Shown one piece after another: positions 1 through 9,650 of a stretch of DNA of 64,000 nt. Origin of the DNA: an uncultured cyanobacterium (GTDB taxonomy: Bacteria > Cyanobacteriota > Cyanobacteriia > CAKZMO01); assembly GCA_963719515.1 (NCBI GenBank), contig CAVRCJ010000010.1, positions 1 to 64,000 on the forward strand, written 5' to 3'. The position numbers and the translations under genes were made by a program. The notes under the pieces were generated by a model. That model saw only the letters and a list, made by a program, of their open reading frames with translations, had not been told where the DNA came from and ran no database searches. Numbering within the stretch: the first letter of the stretch is position 1; each line of letters begins with the position of its first letter.

Positions 1-2483
1 TCCGTATCCGAAGAAGATGGCCAGGGCAGCGTGGAAGCTTCTAAGACTGAACCTGGATCGACCCAATCGTTTTCAAACGGCGTGGCGGATTGCGGATCAA
101 CGCCCTCAGGGTCTGGCATCCCCGCCACCGTTAGCGAATATCGACTTAGCAACACGTAAAGGTCCTTAAGCGCTTCACTTGCCGACTGGTAGCGCTGCTG
201 AAATCCATATCGCGTCATGACGGTCAAGATCGCCTGCAGCTCTGAACTGATATTGGCTTTGTCTTGCCACAGCAGCTCTCCCGTTTTTGGATCTTCAGGA
301 AGCTTGTCGGGCGAACATCCCGTTGCAGCCTGGATCCCAACCATACCGACCGCATAGATATCACTGCTAAAGCGAGGCGTGCCTGCATACTGCTCATTAG
401 GCATGTATCCCCGCGTTCCAATGCCAACGGTGTGAGCTTGACTTTGATCTTCGGCAAATTGGGTATGGATCTCCTTGACTGCACCAAAGTCGATCAGCAC
501 CAGCCGCTGGTCTAAATGACGCCGAATTACGTTGCTAGGCTTTATATCGCGGTGAATAACGCCGCGATAGTGGATGAATTCAAGAATCTCTAGCAGATCT
601 CTCAAAATCTCTACAACTTTAACTTCAGGGAGCGATCGCCCTGGTCTTAGCTCTTGCCGAAGCGGATGGCCATCGATAAATTCTTGAATGAGGTAAAAAT
701 CACCGCTTTCCTCGAAGTACGCTAGAAGCTGAGGAATTTGATTATGCTGGCCAAGTCGCTCTAAAGTTTCAGCCTCTCGGGTAAATAGGCGTCTTGAAAG
801 TGCAAACAGCTTGGGGTCGTTGCTCACCGGACGCAGCTGTTTGACAACGCACAGCGGATTACCGGGGCGCTGCGCGTCGACAGCAATGTAAGTTTCTCCA
901 AAGCCTCCGGCCCCCAAAACTTCAACCAGCTGATAGCGACCCGCCAAGACGCGCCCCAGCAGCTCTTCTTCTCGGTCCAGCAGCAGACCCCTTAGGCTCT
1001 CATGCTGGCTGATGATCTCTTTGATAATAGGCGAGCTGGCGTATTGCTTCAGCGCGCTGTGCAGCTGCACTTTGTGAAAGTTCTCCCGAATTAGCCCTAC
1101 CGCAACGTAGGATAGCCCGCATCCGGCGATCGCCAAGATAGGCACTGCGATGGGAATGATCGTTTGGATTCCCACGAAGAGAATATAGCTCAACAGCCCA
1201 TAGCCCACGGCTGCGCTGGCTGTAATTGCCCCCTTGTAGATGGCTGCCCTGGTCTGGCTGATACCAACGCCAGCGGCAGCTGTAACCAAGACAGCAATAA
1301 AGCCATTGACGTAGGGATTGGTGACGCTGTCAATGGTGCGCCCCTGTATCAGCGTCGCGATCGCGTTAGCGTGGACTTCAATACCCGACATTTTCCCAAA
1401 CGGCGTTGAGTGGGTGTCCTGAAACAGGGTGGCCGTCGGTCCAATCAGAACAATCTTTCCCTCAAACGTTTTGTTTGCCAGGTGATTTTTCCAGGCCTCT
1501 GGGTCCACTAACGTCCAAAATGGAACCTGAGAGAAGGTTTTTGCCGGTCCATAGAAGGAAATATTTTTTCCGATGACCTCCCCGGCGTTGAACAGATCAT
1601 CCGCCAGCTGAATGTCGGCAGCCTCGATAGCTGCCCGGTCAAATGAGGGCACCGTTTGACCCAAAGTCAGAAAGTAATCCGTTTGATCAGGGCTTTGCTG
1701 AGCCAGCAAGAACGGAAATGCTTCAGACAGCCGGTGGATGCGGCCATTGGGCTCAAGGGGAAAGTTGATTGTTCCTTCAGCCGTATTGCCCGTGCGAAAT
1801 TCAGGCAGCGGCTCAATCAGCTGCGTGATGCCGACCTGATCGCCAATCAGGGTCTCCTCGTAGCTCGACGCGATGACGACGCGATCGCTGTAGGTTTTGA
1901 TGGCCTGCTCAAGCACAGCATCATCGGCCTCCCCCCAACTGCTCGGCTGGTCAAAGATCAAATCAAGCGCCACGGCCCTAGAATCAGCGGCCATCAGTTT
2001 CTCAATGGCAGCGGCGTAAACGCGCCGCTGCCAGGGCCAGCTCACAAGAGGCTCCAACGCTTCATATTGAACCGGATCTAGCCTATAGAACGACCCCTGC
2101 TCCAAAGACGACTCGTCGATGGCAACCACCACAATTTCTTCTGGGGGGGCGACTTGTCCTCGTAGCTGAAACAGCAGCGTCTGAGCCTGACGCTCTAGTC
2201 GCTGCACCGACCCAGAGTTCCCTAGGGTCAGGGCCGCTGCTCCCAATGCCCACAGCCCCGCCAGCAGGTAGCGAAACCGAATCGGGCCGATTTGCTTGTC
2301 GTCGTCTAGCAAAAACTTGCTGCCTTCATCGAGCCAGCGGCTGATAGAGGTTAGGTGCGTGGATAGCTGAAGCCGAGTCCCGCTCGCTGGGCTCTCGGTC
2401 GCCCCCAAAGAGGACAGCTTGCGCTGGGAAGGGGGGCTGCCACCGGTAGAGCTAGAGTGATCTGGCCTTGACGATCGGTTCAT
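1..2483 (-). CDS. CHASE2-domain transmembrane Ser/Thr protein kinase (3' end runs off window start)
   Basis: Manual minus-strand translation from ATG 2483 gives CHASE2-like IVVVAIDESS...WPWQRRVYAAAIEKL...ALDLIF, then TM helices, then kinase motifs LGAGGFGETY, VVKQL, IHRDIKPSN, IDFG, GTRGYMPNEQ. Absent from the ORF track because there is no in-window stop. Confidence 0.9.
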   Translation of the reverse strand, partial: MNRSSRPDHSSSTGGSPPSQRKLSSLGATESPASGTRLQLSTHLTSISRWLDEGSKFLLDDDKQIGPIRFRYLLAGLWALGAAALTLGNSGSVQRLERQAQTLLFQLRGQVAPPEEIVVVAIDESSLEQGSFYRLDPVQYEALEPLVSWPWQRRVYAAAIEKLMAADSRAVALDLIFDQPSSWGEADDAVLEQAIKTYSDRVVIASSYEETLIGDQVGITQLIEPLPEFRTGNTAEGTINFPLEPNGRIHRLSEAFPFLLAQQSPDQTDYFLTLGQTVPSFDRAAIEAADIQLADDLFNAGEVIGKNISFYGPAKTFSQVPFWTLVDPEAWKNHLANKTFEGKIVLIGPTATLFQDTHSTPFGKMSGIEVHANAIATLIQGRTIDSVTNPYVNGFIAVLVTAAAGVGISQTRAAIYKGAITASAAVGYGLLSYILFVGIQTIIPIAVPILAIAGCGLSYVAVGLIRENFHKVQLHSALKQYASSPIIKEIISQHESLRGLLLDREEELLGRVLAGRYQLVEVLGAGGFGETYIAVDAQRPGNPLCVVKQLRPVSNDPKLFALSRRLFTREAETLERLGQHNQIPQLLAYFEESGDFYLIQEFIDGHPLRQELRPGRSLPEVKVVEILRDLLEILEFIHYRGVIHRDIKPSNVIRRHLDQRLVLIDFGAVKEIHTQFAEDQSQAHTVGIGTRGYMPNEQYAGTPRFSSDIYAVGMVGIQAATGCSPDKLPEDPKTGELLWQDKANISSELQAILTVMTRYGFQQRYQSASEALKDLYVLLSRYSLTVAGMPDPEGVDPQSATPFENDWVDPGSVLEASTLPWPSSSDT

Positions 2484-2670
2484 AGACGAGGGTGTGGCGG
2501 TGGGTTAGATAACGATGCAACCCCTGACCTAACTTGTCAAAAGCGTTCCCTGATCAACACTTACTAAACCTGCACAGGTAGCTAGACCGCTACGGTTTCT
2601 AACTGTGATGGGTTCTGGGCGAAGCAAAAGCGAGACGGCCGTAGCGCGTTGGCTAAATGAAGCCTAATCC

Positions 2671-3255
2671 TCACACCACATCTTTACACAGCAAGAGCCG
2701 TCTTGAAGGCTGAAAGATGCCCAATACTCCGCCTTTTCGCGGTGGGGGGCTGTAGCCTGCTTTGTGATACAGCCGCCTAGCGGCAGCGTTGTCTGCCATC
2801 ACGTGGAGGTTAAGCGTCGAAATACCCCAGTCTAAGCTAATGCGCTCGCCCACCAGTAGTAGGCGGCGGGCGACGCCGTGGCGACGGCAGTGACGGTCAA
2901 CCGCCAGGTTTGAAATATAGATGTGGCGATCGCCGGACCACCAATTAACCCGCTTTCGCACCGACATCTCCATTGTACCGACTATTTTAGGCGCTGCGGC
3001 ATCCGCGCCAGCGCCTTCACTTGAGCGCTCAGGATGCTGCACTGCGACTAGGCAAACGTAGCGGTCGGCCGGGTTTCGCAGTCGATGGCGCAGATCCTCG
3101 CGGATACTAAATTCAAGTAGGGGATAGACCAGCCCCATTGCGCCCTCACGGGAGTGAAAGCTGTCAGACAGTAGAGATGATAACCTGCTCAAATCCTGGA
3201 GTCTTGCGGCTCGAACAAGTAGATTAGGCGACGTCTGCTGAGCCAACGAGACCAA
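2671..3255 (-). CDS. GNAT family N-acetyltransferase
   Basis: YISNLAVDRHCRRHGVARRLL (acetyl-CoA motif A) and LHVMADNAAARRLYHKAGY. Start is uncertain (TTG 3255 suggested) because the ORF-track N-terminus lies inside the inserted element. Confidence 0.85.
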   Translation of the reverse strand: MVSLAQQTSPNLLVRAARLQDLSRLSSLLSDSFHSREGAMGLVYPLLEFSIREDLRHRLRNPADRYVCLVAVQHPERSSEGAGADAAAPKIVGTMEMSVRKRVNWWSGDRHIYISNLAVDRHCRRHGVARRLLLVGERISLDWGISTLNLHVMADNAAARRLYHKAGYSPPPRKGGVLGIFQPSRRLLLCKDVV

Positions 3256-3312
3256 CTCCAAACCTAGCGAAGGTAAAAACTGTGGTGAAGCGTCTGAGCC
3301 CCTAAAGTCATA

Positions 3313-3704
3313 GTGACATCCTCCCGACGCTGACAGCAAGCTGTACAGCGCGGGCTTCCTCAGTGACTCCCAGCTATTGCCGGGACATATCCTGAGATAG
3401 GTTTATACTCCGCCTGATGCCCCACGGCAGAGTTTTGAATTTTCATCTCCGCGAGGGAGGATACGCACTATGTGTCGCAGATACATTTGCAAACTGAGGA
3501 ACGGGTGACTTGCAGCTTTCGCCTACGGGCCCGTCACACTCTTTGCGGGGTGTATCACCTTGCTATCTCTATCATACCAACTGCTAGCCTCAGCGCTGAG
3601 CGCACTATCCGCTGTGCATCATTTTGCGGGCGCACTTCGGCTAGCGCGACTCTCATCCCGACGCTCACCCTGACGGGTAGAGCGCGGGGCTTCCCGTCTA
3701 GTCG
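3313..3704 (-). mobile_element. Non-autonomous IS200/IS605-family element (PATE/MITE-like), copy 1
   Basis: 392 bp, 4 mismatches versus 26920-27311. Bulged subterminal hairpins at both ends, minus-strand right end ...GGATGTCAC, TTTAG immediately 5' of the left end in both copies, no TSD and no transposase. Confidence 0.85.
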
Positions 3705-3887
3705 CTAAACCAAAACTATTTTGGAAAGCGGAGTTCCTCCTTAAGAAAAGTATCGCCTTAAAGAAGAAGTCCGCCGAGCTGGCCGCGGGTCTAGGGCTAC
3801 CCTCTTCGCTTCCCTGAGGCAGCCTGTCTAGAGGACTCAGGGAAAGAAGGGCGTCTTTTATTTTTCGATGAGGTAGCCCGTTAGGTG

Positions 3888-4109
3888 CTAGGCCGGATGC
3901 TTAAACAAAGCATCCAGGTAGACCCGTGCTGTAGGGCGATAGTGCTTTGCAGTCTCTACAGTCGTACTGCCATTTTGGAGGAGAAACAGCGACAGTGCTG
4001 CAGAAAAAACGCGATCTTGGTCCCAGTCAGGGTGGTAATCAAGGTAGCTTTTCAGGGACTCGTGTAGCTCTTCGGGAATTTCGGCCAGAATACTAACGGT
4101 TGCGTTCAT
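3888..4109 (-). CDS. DUF2811-family small protein
   Basis: MNATVSILAEIPEELHESLKSYLDYHPDWDQDRVFSAALSLFLLQNG is typical of this conserved cyanobacterial family; start at ATG 4109. Confidence 0.8.
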   Translation of the reverse strand: MNATVSILAEIPEELHESLKSYLDYHPDWDQDRVFSAALSLFLLQNGSTTVETAKHYRPTARVYLDALFKHPA

Positions 4110-4511
4110 GGGAGTCTTCTTTGCTGAATGGGACGGGAGCAGTACCGGATGAGAGGCCTTGCGGAAACAGCCTGAGCTGACCGGTTGAGACAGCCACCCA
4201 AAAATCAGGCTGCCGTCCCGCTTCAACTGCCTCAGGACAACGCCGTAGCGTGGAAGCCTGCAGTTGTGGAATTCGGGACAGCGCCTTGTGGGGCCGGTCG
4301 CATCATTTTGCGCTAGAGGGGGTGGGGTTTGTCAATGCTAGATTACTCAGCTAGAAGTTTTACAAAAACCATAGGTTTACGAGAGAATAGGGGTTTGAGG
4401 CCGCTTTTGTTAATATAACTTCATGGAGAACCCGGGTTTTCTCAGAAATAGTGGTGCGGTAGCTGAAATCCCCAAGAAGGGAGCGGAGGGGTAATGGTAG
4501 CGTTAACACCC

Positions 4512-4595
4512 TGTGGAAAACGGGGGATACCCTGTGGAAAACATAGGATACCCTGTGGAAAGAGTGTGGAAACTCTGCGGATTGACTGGGGAAAA
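4512..4595. promoter_or_regulatory. Cluster of DnaA-box-like 9-mers (TGTGGAAAA = TTTTCCACA)
   Basis: Perfect boxes at 4512 and 4533; one-mismatch boxes at 4554, 4565 and 4587; spacing 21/21/11/22 bp. Confidence 0.6.
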
Positions 4596-4764
4596 CCAGT
4601 TAGGAAAGATAAGAATTACGAAATCTGAGAAACTCAAATTTTCCGGGTCAACTTCGCAAGGCCCATGGCTAAATCGAGAGGATTGCAGTACTCTATGGCA
4701 ACGGTCTTCTGCAGCCGTCCTCTATCCTCTCGCCCCCCCTTCTTTCGCCCCCCCTTTAAGCGCG

Positions 4765-5487
4765 ATGCTCAGCTTAGGTGTCAACATCGACCACACCGCA
4801 ACAATTCGACAGGCTCGGCGTACCGTTGAGCCCGACCCGGTGGCAGCAGCCGTTTTGGCCGAGCTAGCCGGGGCCGACGGGATTACGGTTCACCTGCGGG
4901 AGGATCGGCGACATATTCAAGATCGGGACGTGCGGCTCCTGCGCCAGACGGTGCGCACCCACCTCAACTTGGAGATGGCTGCCACTGAGGAGATGGTGGC
5001 GATCGCCCTTGAAGTGCAGCCCGACTACGTCACCCTCGTGCCGGAGCGGCGGGAAGAGGTGACCACCGAAGGCGGCTTGGATATTGCAGGCCAGCTCGAT
5101 CGGTTCAAAGGCATTGTCAATCGGCTACAGTCTGCCCGCATCCCCGTCAGCCTGTTCATTGACCCAGATGCGCAGCAGATCGACGCCTCCGCCGCAGCCC
5201 AAGCCCAGTTCATCGAGCTGCACACCGGAGCCTACGCAGAGGCCAAAGGCGACGAGCAGCACAAAGAGCTAGCGCTGCTGGCTCAGGGGTGTCAGCAGGC
5301 GCTAGGCGCGGGTCTGCGCGTCAACGCAGGTCACGGCCTCACCTACTGGAACGTCGCCCCCGTAGCGCGGCTCCCCGGCATGGAAGAGCTCAATATTGGC
5401 CACACCATCGTCAGCCGCGCGGTGCTGGTGGGGATGGAGCGGGCGGTGCGGGAAATGAAGCAGGCGATCGCTGCCGCCGTTGGGTAA
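4765..5487 (+). CDS. pdxJ: Pyridoxine 5'-phosphate synthase
   Basis: [47 protein letters not shown]; true start ATG 4765. Confidence 0.97.
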   Translation: MLSLGVNIDHTATIRQARRTVEPDPVAAAVLAELAGADGITVHLREDRRHIQDRDVRLLRQTVRTHLNLEMAATEEMVAIALEVQPDYVTLVPERREEVTTEGGLDIAGQLDRFKGIVNRLQSARIPVSLFIDPDAQQIDASAAAQAQFIELHTGAYAEAKGDEQHKELALLAQGCQQALGAGLRVNAGHGLTYWNVAPVARLPGMEELNIGHTIVSRAVLVGMERAVREMKQAIAAAVG

Positions 5488-5534
5488 GACTATGGCGCTG
5501 CCATGGTCCTACTCTGTCGCCACAGCAGGCAAAA

Positions 5535-5639
5535 TATAGCAAACGCCCTAACCATTAGGACATTTGCGCGCCGCATTGCCTATGCTATGTAAAGGCTTGA
5601 GCCCACGACATTATCCTAAGCAATGTGGCCAAAGCTATA
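5535..5639. repeat. ~105-bp dispersed structured repeat, copy 1
   Basis: TATAGC...CATTAGGACATTTGCGC...CTAAGCAA...GCTATA; homologous to 41135-41241 and 60935-61037. Confidence 0.8.
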
Positions 5640-5677
5640 TATTCATATAGAAGAGCAGAAAACCCAAAAAGAAGTCC

Positions 5678-6004
5678 ATGCCCACCTACCACTACATTGC
5701 CGCCAGCCGAAAGTTTTTGCTAGAAGATGAGTCCATCGAAGAGGTCATCGAAGAGCGCATTCGCAACTACCACGAGCAGGAAAAAGAAATCGACTTCTGG
5801 CTCATCGAGCAGCCCGCGTTTCTTCAGGCTCCAGAACTCGCCGCCGTGCGCGATCGCATCCCCCAGCCCGCGATGGCTATCGTGTCCACCGAGCCGCAGC
5901 TAATCGCCTGGCTGAAGCTGCGGCTCGAATACGTGGCCTCTGGGCAGTTTAGCGCCCCTTCGGAGACCATTCCTGACCCGATAGCCTCCTTAACGACGGC
6001 GTGA
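5678..6004 (+). CDS. ycf54: MgPME cyclase complex protein Ycf54
   Basis: YHYIAASRKFLL..E..EEVIEERIRNY.E..KEIDFWL...PAFL...WLKLRLEYV signature. Confidence 0.92.
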   Translation: MPTYHYIAASRKFLLEDESIEEVIEERIRNYHEQEKEIDFWLIEQPAFLQAPELAAVRDRIPQPAMAIVSTEPQLIAWLKLRLEYVASGQFSAPSETIPDPIASLTTA

Positions 6005-8230
6005 GGGCCGGGGCTTAGGGCGACTGGGCGACTGGGCGGGTGAAGGACAGGCTGCGTCCGGGCGTCCTTGATCTGGACGATCTTCTTGACGCATCGACAG
6101 GCCAACCCGCTTACGGGCTACCTCCACCTCCAACACCCGCACCCTGACCACCTGCCCCACTTTGACAATCTCGTTGGGGTCAGAGACAAACCGGTCTGCC
6201 AGCTGAGAGACATGCACTAGCCCATCTTGGTGAACGCCGATGTCCACAAAGGCCCCGAAGTTGGCGACGTTGGTGACCACACCCTCTAGGGTCATGCCGG
6301 GGGAGAGATCCGACAGCGCGTTAATATCGTCCCGAAACTGAGCGTAGGTAAACTGCTCCCTGGGGTCGCGTCCGGGTTTTTCTAGCTCGGCCAAAATGTC
6401 CTGCAGCGTCGGTAGCCCTAGGCTGTCGCTGACGTAGCGCTTCAGCTCCGTCTGTTTGAGGGCGGCGGCGAGGCGGACAGGCTCTTTCACGGGCACCCCC
6501 ACGTCAGCGGCGATCGCCTTCACGGCTCCGTAGCGTTCGGGGTGGACCGCCGTTTGGTCCAAAGGGTTATCGCCGCCGCGAATGCGCAAAAACCCCGCCG
6601 CCTGCTCAAAGGCCTTGGGGCCAAGCTTAGCCACTTTCAGCAGCTGCCGCCGGTTGCTGAAGGCCCCGTTCTGGTTGCGGTAGGCCAGGATATTGCCGGC
6701 GACGGCGGGCGTCAGCCCGGACACAAAGGTCAGCAGCTCCTTCGAGGCCGTATTCAGGTCAACGCCCACGTAGTTGACGCAGCTGGCCACGGTGTCCTCT
6801 AGCTTTTGCTTCAGCCGCTTTTGGTCCACGTCGTGCTGATACTGACCCACGCCGATAGATTTAGGATCGATTTTGACCAGCTCTGCTAGAGGGTCTTGCA
6901 GCCGCCTACCGATGCTGATGGCCCCCCGCACGGTGACGTCGAGGTCGGGGAATTCGGCGATCGCCACGGGGCTGGCCGAGTAGACGGAGGCCCCGGCCTC
7001 GCTGACCGTTACCTTGACGGGCGGGCGGTCCAGTGGCGCGAGCACCTCACTGACGAAGGCGTCCGTCTCGCGGCTGGCGGTGCCGTTGCCGATGGCAATC
7101 AGCCCAATACGGTGCTGGGCAATCAGCCGCGTCAGGGTCTGGGCCGCTGCCTGCCGCTGGGCGGCTGAGCCGTGGGGAAACACCGCCTGATACTCTACAA
7201 TTTTTCCCGTCTCGTCCAGCGCCGCCACCTTGCACCCGGTGCGAAACCCCGGATCTATGCCCAGGGTGGGCTTCATCCCGGCGGGGCTGGCCAGCAGCAG
7301 GTGGCGCAGGTTGACCGCAAAGGTCTGAATGGAGGCCTCGTCCGCCTCCTGCTTCAGCTGGGCCAATACGTCGCTGGTAATTGATGGCTTCATCAGTCGG
7401 GTGAAGGCGTCTCGAATCAGATCTTGGTAAAACTGCCGTACCTCCGGCGACCTGGCGCGAATTTCTTGATGCTCTAGGTGGGCGATCGCCGTGTCTTGGT
7501 CGACCTCTAGTCGAAAGCTCAGCGCCTTTTCCGCCCCGCCCCGATAGAGGGCCAGCAGGTTATGGGGCGCGATGCTGCGGACCGGCACCTGGTAATCGTG
7601 GTACATCTCAAACTTGCTTGCGCCGTCCGATTGATCGCCCCCTGAGGCCCGGGATTTGATAACGCCTGTTTTGATAAACTGCCGGCGGCACCAGGCGCGA
7701 TAGGCCGCCGTCTCCGCCACCCCCTCGGCCAAAATGTCGGCGGCACCTTCGAGGGCCGCTTGCCCCGTAGGGACCTCGTCACCAACGTAGGGCTGAGCAA
7801 GTTGAGCGAGGGAACTGTTCCCTTGACCCAGCTGATTCATCGCCCTGATGGCCTCCGCCAGCGGTTCTAGCCCCTTCTCCCGCGCCGCCGTTGCCCGCGT
7901 CCGTCGTCTAGGCCGATAGGGCAGGTAGAGGTCTTCTAGCTCGGTCTTTTGGGTGCAGTGGGCGATCGCCTGCCGCAGCTCCGCTGTCAGCTTTCCCTGG
8001 GCGTCTATCGATGCGAGAATCGCCTGCCGGCGCTCCTGGAGATCGGTTTGGTAGGCATAGGCCTCAGCCAGCGCCCTCAGCTGGGTTTCATCCATTTGCC
8101 CCGTGCGCTCTTTGCGGTAGCGGGCAATAAAAGGAACAGTGGCCCCCTCCTCCAGCAGTTTGAGCGCCTGGGTAACCTGGTGGGGCGACAGGGAAAGGGT
8201 TTGAGCGAGCTGCAGCGTTAAATCAGGCAT
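5990..8230 (-). CDS. tex: Tex-family RNA-binding transcriptional accessory protein
   Basis: EGATVPFIARYRKE, GIDPGFRTGCK, DPKSIGVGQYQHD and a C-terminal S1 domain (GAFVDIGVHQDGLVHVS). Confidence 0.96.
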   Translation of the reverse strand: MPDLTLQLAQTLSLSPHQVTQALKLLEEGATVPFIARYRKERTGQMDETQLRALAEAYAYQTDLQERRQAILASIDAQGKLTAELRQAIAHCTQKTELEDLYLPYRPRRRTRATAAREKGLEPLAEAIRAMNQLGQGNSSLAQLAQPYVGDEVPTGQAALEGAADILAEGVAETAAYRAWCRRQFIKTGVIKSRASGGDQSDGASKFEMYHDYQVPVRSIAPHNLLALYRGGAEKALSFRLEVDQDTAIAHLEHQEIRARSPEVRQFYQDLIRDAFTRLMKPSITSDVLAQLKQEADEASIQTFAVNLRHLLLASPAGMKPTLGIDPGFRTGCKVAALDETGKIVEYQAVFPHGSAAQRQAAAQTLTRLIAQHRIGLIAIGNGTASRETDAFVSEVLAPLDRPPVKVTVSEAGASVYSASPVAIAEFPDLDVTVRGAISIGRRLQDPLAELVKIDPKSIGVGQYQHDVDQKRLKQKLEDTVASCVNYVGVDLNTASKELLTFVSGLTPAVAGNILAYRNQNGAFSNRRQLLKVAKLGPKAFEQAAGFLRIRGGDNPLDQTAVHPERYGAVKAIAADVGVPVKEPVRLAAALKQTELKRYVSDSLGLPTLQDILAELEKPGRDPREQFTYAQFRDDINALSDLSPGMTLEGVVTNVANFGAFVDIGVHQDGLVHVSQLADRFVSDPNEIVKVGQVVRVRVLEVEVARKRVGLSMRQEDRPDQGRPDAACPSPAQSPSRPKPRPSRRR

Positions 8231-8312
8231 TTGAAATCAAGCTTTTGTAGATATGACGATGGGCTTACGCTAATCTATCTAAAGGTACAGAGTATCGCGC
8301 GAACTCACAGTT

Positions 8313-8331
8313 CTTAATCTTTTGTTTACTT
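8313..8331 (+). promoter_or_regulatory. Putative Pho box (SphR/PhoB)
   Basis: CTTAATCT-N3-GTTTACTT, an 11-bp-period repeat resembling CTTAACCT, ~75 bp upstream of pstS. Confidence 0.45.
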
Positions 8332-8402
8332 TAGACGTTTATGCTCTATCCGACACAGTGCTTAGGTGTGTCGCAAATATAACCGAGTGAGAGCGTACAA
8401 AC

Positions 8403-9458
8403 ATGATGTTTTACAAAAGAGCTTTGTATGCGGCCTTCAGCCTTTCCCTAGTGGCTGTTTTGGCGGCATGTAGCGGCGGAGAGCCCGCTGCTGACAGTGG
8501 TGCAGAAGACGGAACCGATGTCGCTTCTGCTGAAGGCGGCGAAGGCGTCAGCGGAGACGTGCTCGTTGATGGCTCCAGTACCGTATTCCCAATTTCTGAA
8601 GCCATGGCGGAGGAATTTATGGCCGAGAACCCCGACACCCGCGTGACGGTTGGGGTTTCCGGTTCTGGCGGCGGCTTCAAGAAGTTTTGCGCCGGCGAAA
8701 CCGACATCTCCAACGCATCCCGTCCCATTAAGCAAGAAGAGATGGACCTCTGCGCCGAAGCCGGCATTGAGTTCATTGAGGTGCCCGTTGCCTTTGACGG
8801 CGTGACCGTCGTGGTCAACCCCGAGAACGACTGGGCCGAGTGCCTCACCGCTGACCAGCTGGGTCAGATGTGGGCTCCCGACGCTGAAGGTACGATTACG
8901 AGCTGGAACCAAATCGATTCGTCCTATCCCGATACGCCGCTGGGTCTATACGGTCCTGGTACTGACTCTGGTACCTATGACTACTTCACCGACGCTACCA
9001 CGGGCGAAGAGGGTGAGAGCCGCGGCGACTACACCGCCAGTGAAGATGACAACGTCATCGTCCAGGGGGTTCAGTCAGACACTGGTGGCCTGGGCTTCTT
9101 TGGCTACGCTTACTACGAAGAGAACCAAGACAGCCTAAAATCGGTTGCGATTGAGAACGCCAACGGCGAGTGCATCTCGGCTGGCTCCGACGTGATTTCT
9201 GACGGTACCTACAATCCGCTAGCGCGTCCCATCTTCTTCTACGTGAAGACGGAGTCCTACCAGACCAAGCCCCAGGTGAAGGCGTTCGCGGATTACAACA
9301 TCGACTCGTCCAACGAGAACCTGATCTCTGAAGTGGGATACATTCCTCTCCCTGGCGATGTCGTTGAGAAAGTCAATGCTCGCCTTCAGGACGGGACGAC
9401 AGGCTCCATCTACGAAGGGGGATCTTCTGTGGGCGTGAAGCTGGCTGATAAGCTCTAA
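8403..9458 (+). CDS. pstS: Phosphate ABC transporter substrate-binding lipoprotein
   Basis: Lipobox [33 protein letters not shown]. Confidence 0.95.
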   Translation: MMFYKRALYAAFSLSLVAVLAACSGGEPAADSGAEDGTDVASAEGGEGVSGDVLVDGSSTVFPISEAMAEEFMAENPDTRVTVGVSGSGGGFKKFCAGETDISNASRPIKQEEMDLCAEAGIEFIEVPVAFDGVTVVVNPENDWAECLTADQLGQMWAPDAEGTITSWNQIDSSYPDTPLGLYGPGTDSGTYDYFTDATTGEEGESRGDYTASEDDNVIVQGVQSDTGGLGFFGYAYYEENQDSLKSVAIENANGECISAGSDVISDGTYNPLARPIFFYVKTESYQTKPQVKAFADYNIDSSNENLISEVGYIPLPGDVVEKVNARLQDGTTGSIYEGGSSVGVKLADKL

Positions 9459-9511
9459 CGTCCATCGGTACCGCAGACCTAAGCCTCCGTCGTACGGCTT
9501 CTGCTACCTGT

Positions 9512-9548
9512 ATGCTGTAGGGGCATCGAGGCTCCTACAGCATTTTTA
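9512..9548 (+). terminator. Stem-loop plus U-tract between pstS and pstC
   Basis: ATGCTGTAGG...CCTACAGCAT followed by TTTT. Confidence 0.6.
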
Positions 9549-9650
9549 AGTTCAACGTTTGCAGCCTAGTGGCAACCGCTCATCGGTATCCAGTATTCAG
9601 CCGGTTCCCGATGCTGAGCGACGCTATCTCAAACTATTGGTTTTAAACCC

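Noticed and set aside
3472..3708. 78-aa ORF, and its twin at 27079-27315, as protein-coding genes
   Set aside because: They lie within the repeated non-coding IS605-derived element, have no RBS, and resemble no transposase.
4513..4764. 84-aa N-terminal extension of PdxJ
   Set aside because: It is a translation of the DnaA-box repeats; family homology starts at ATG 4765.
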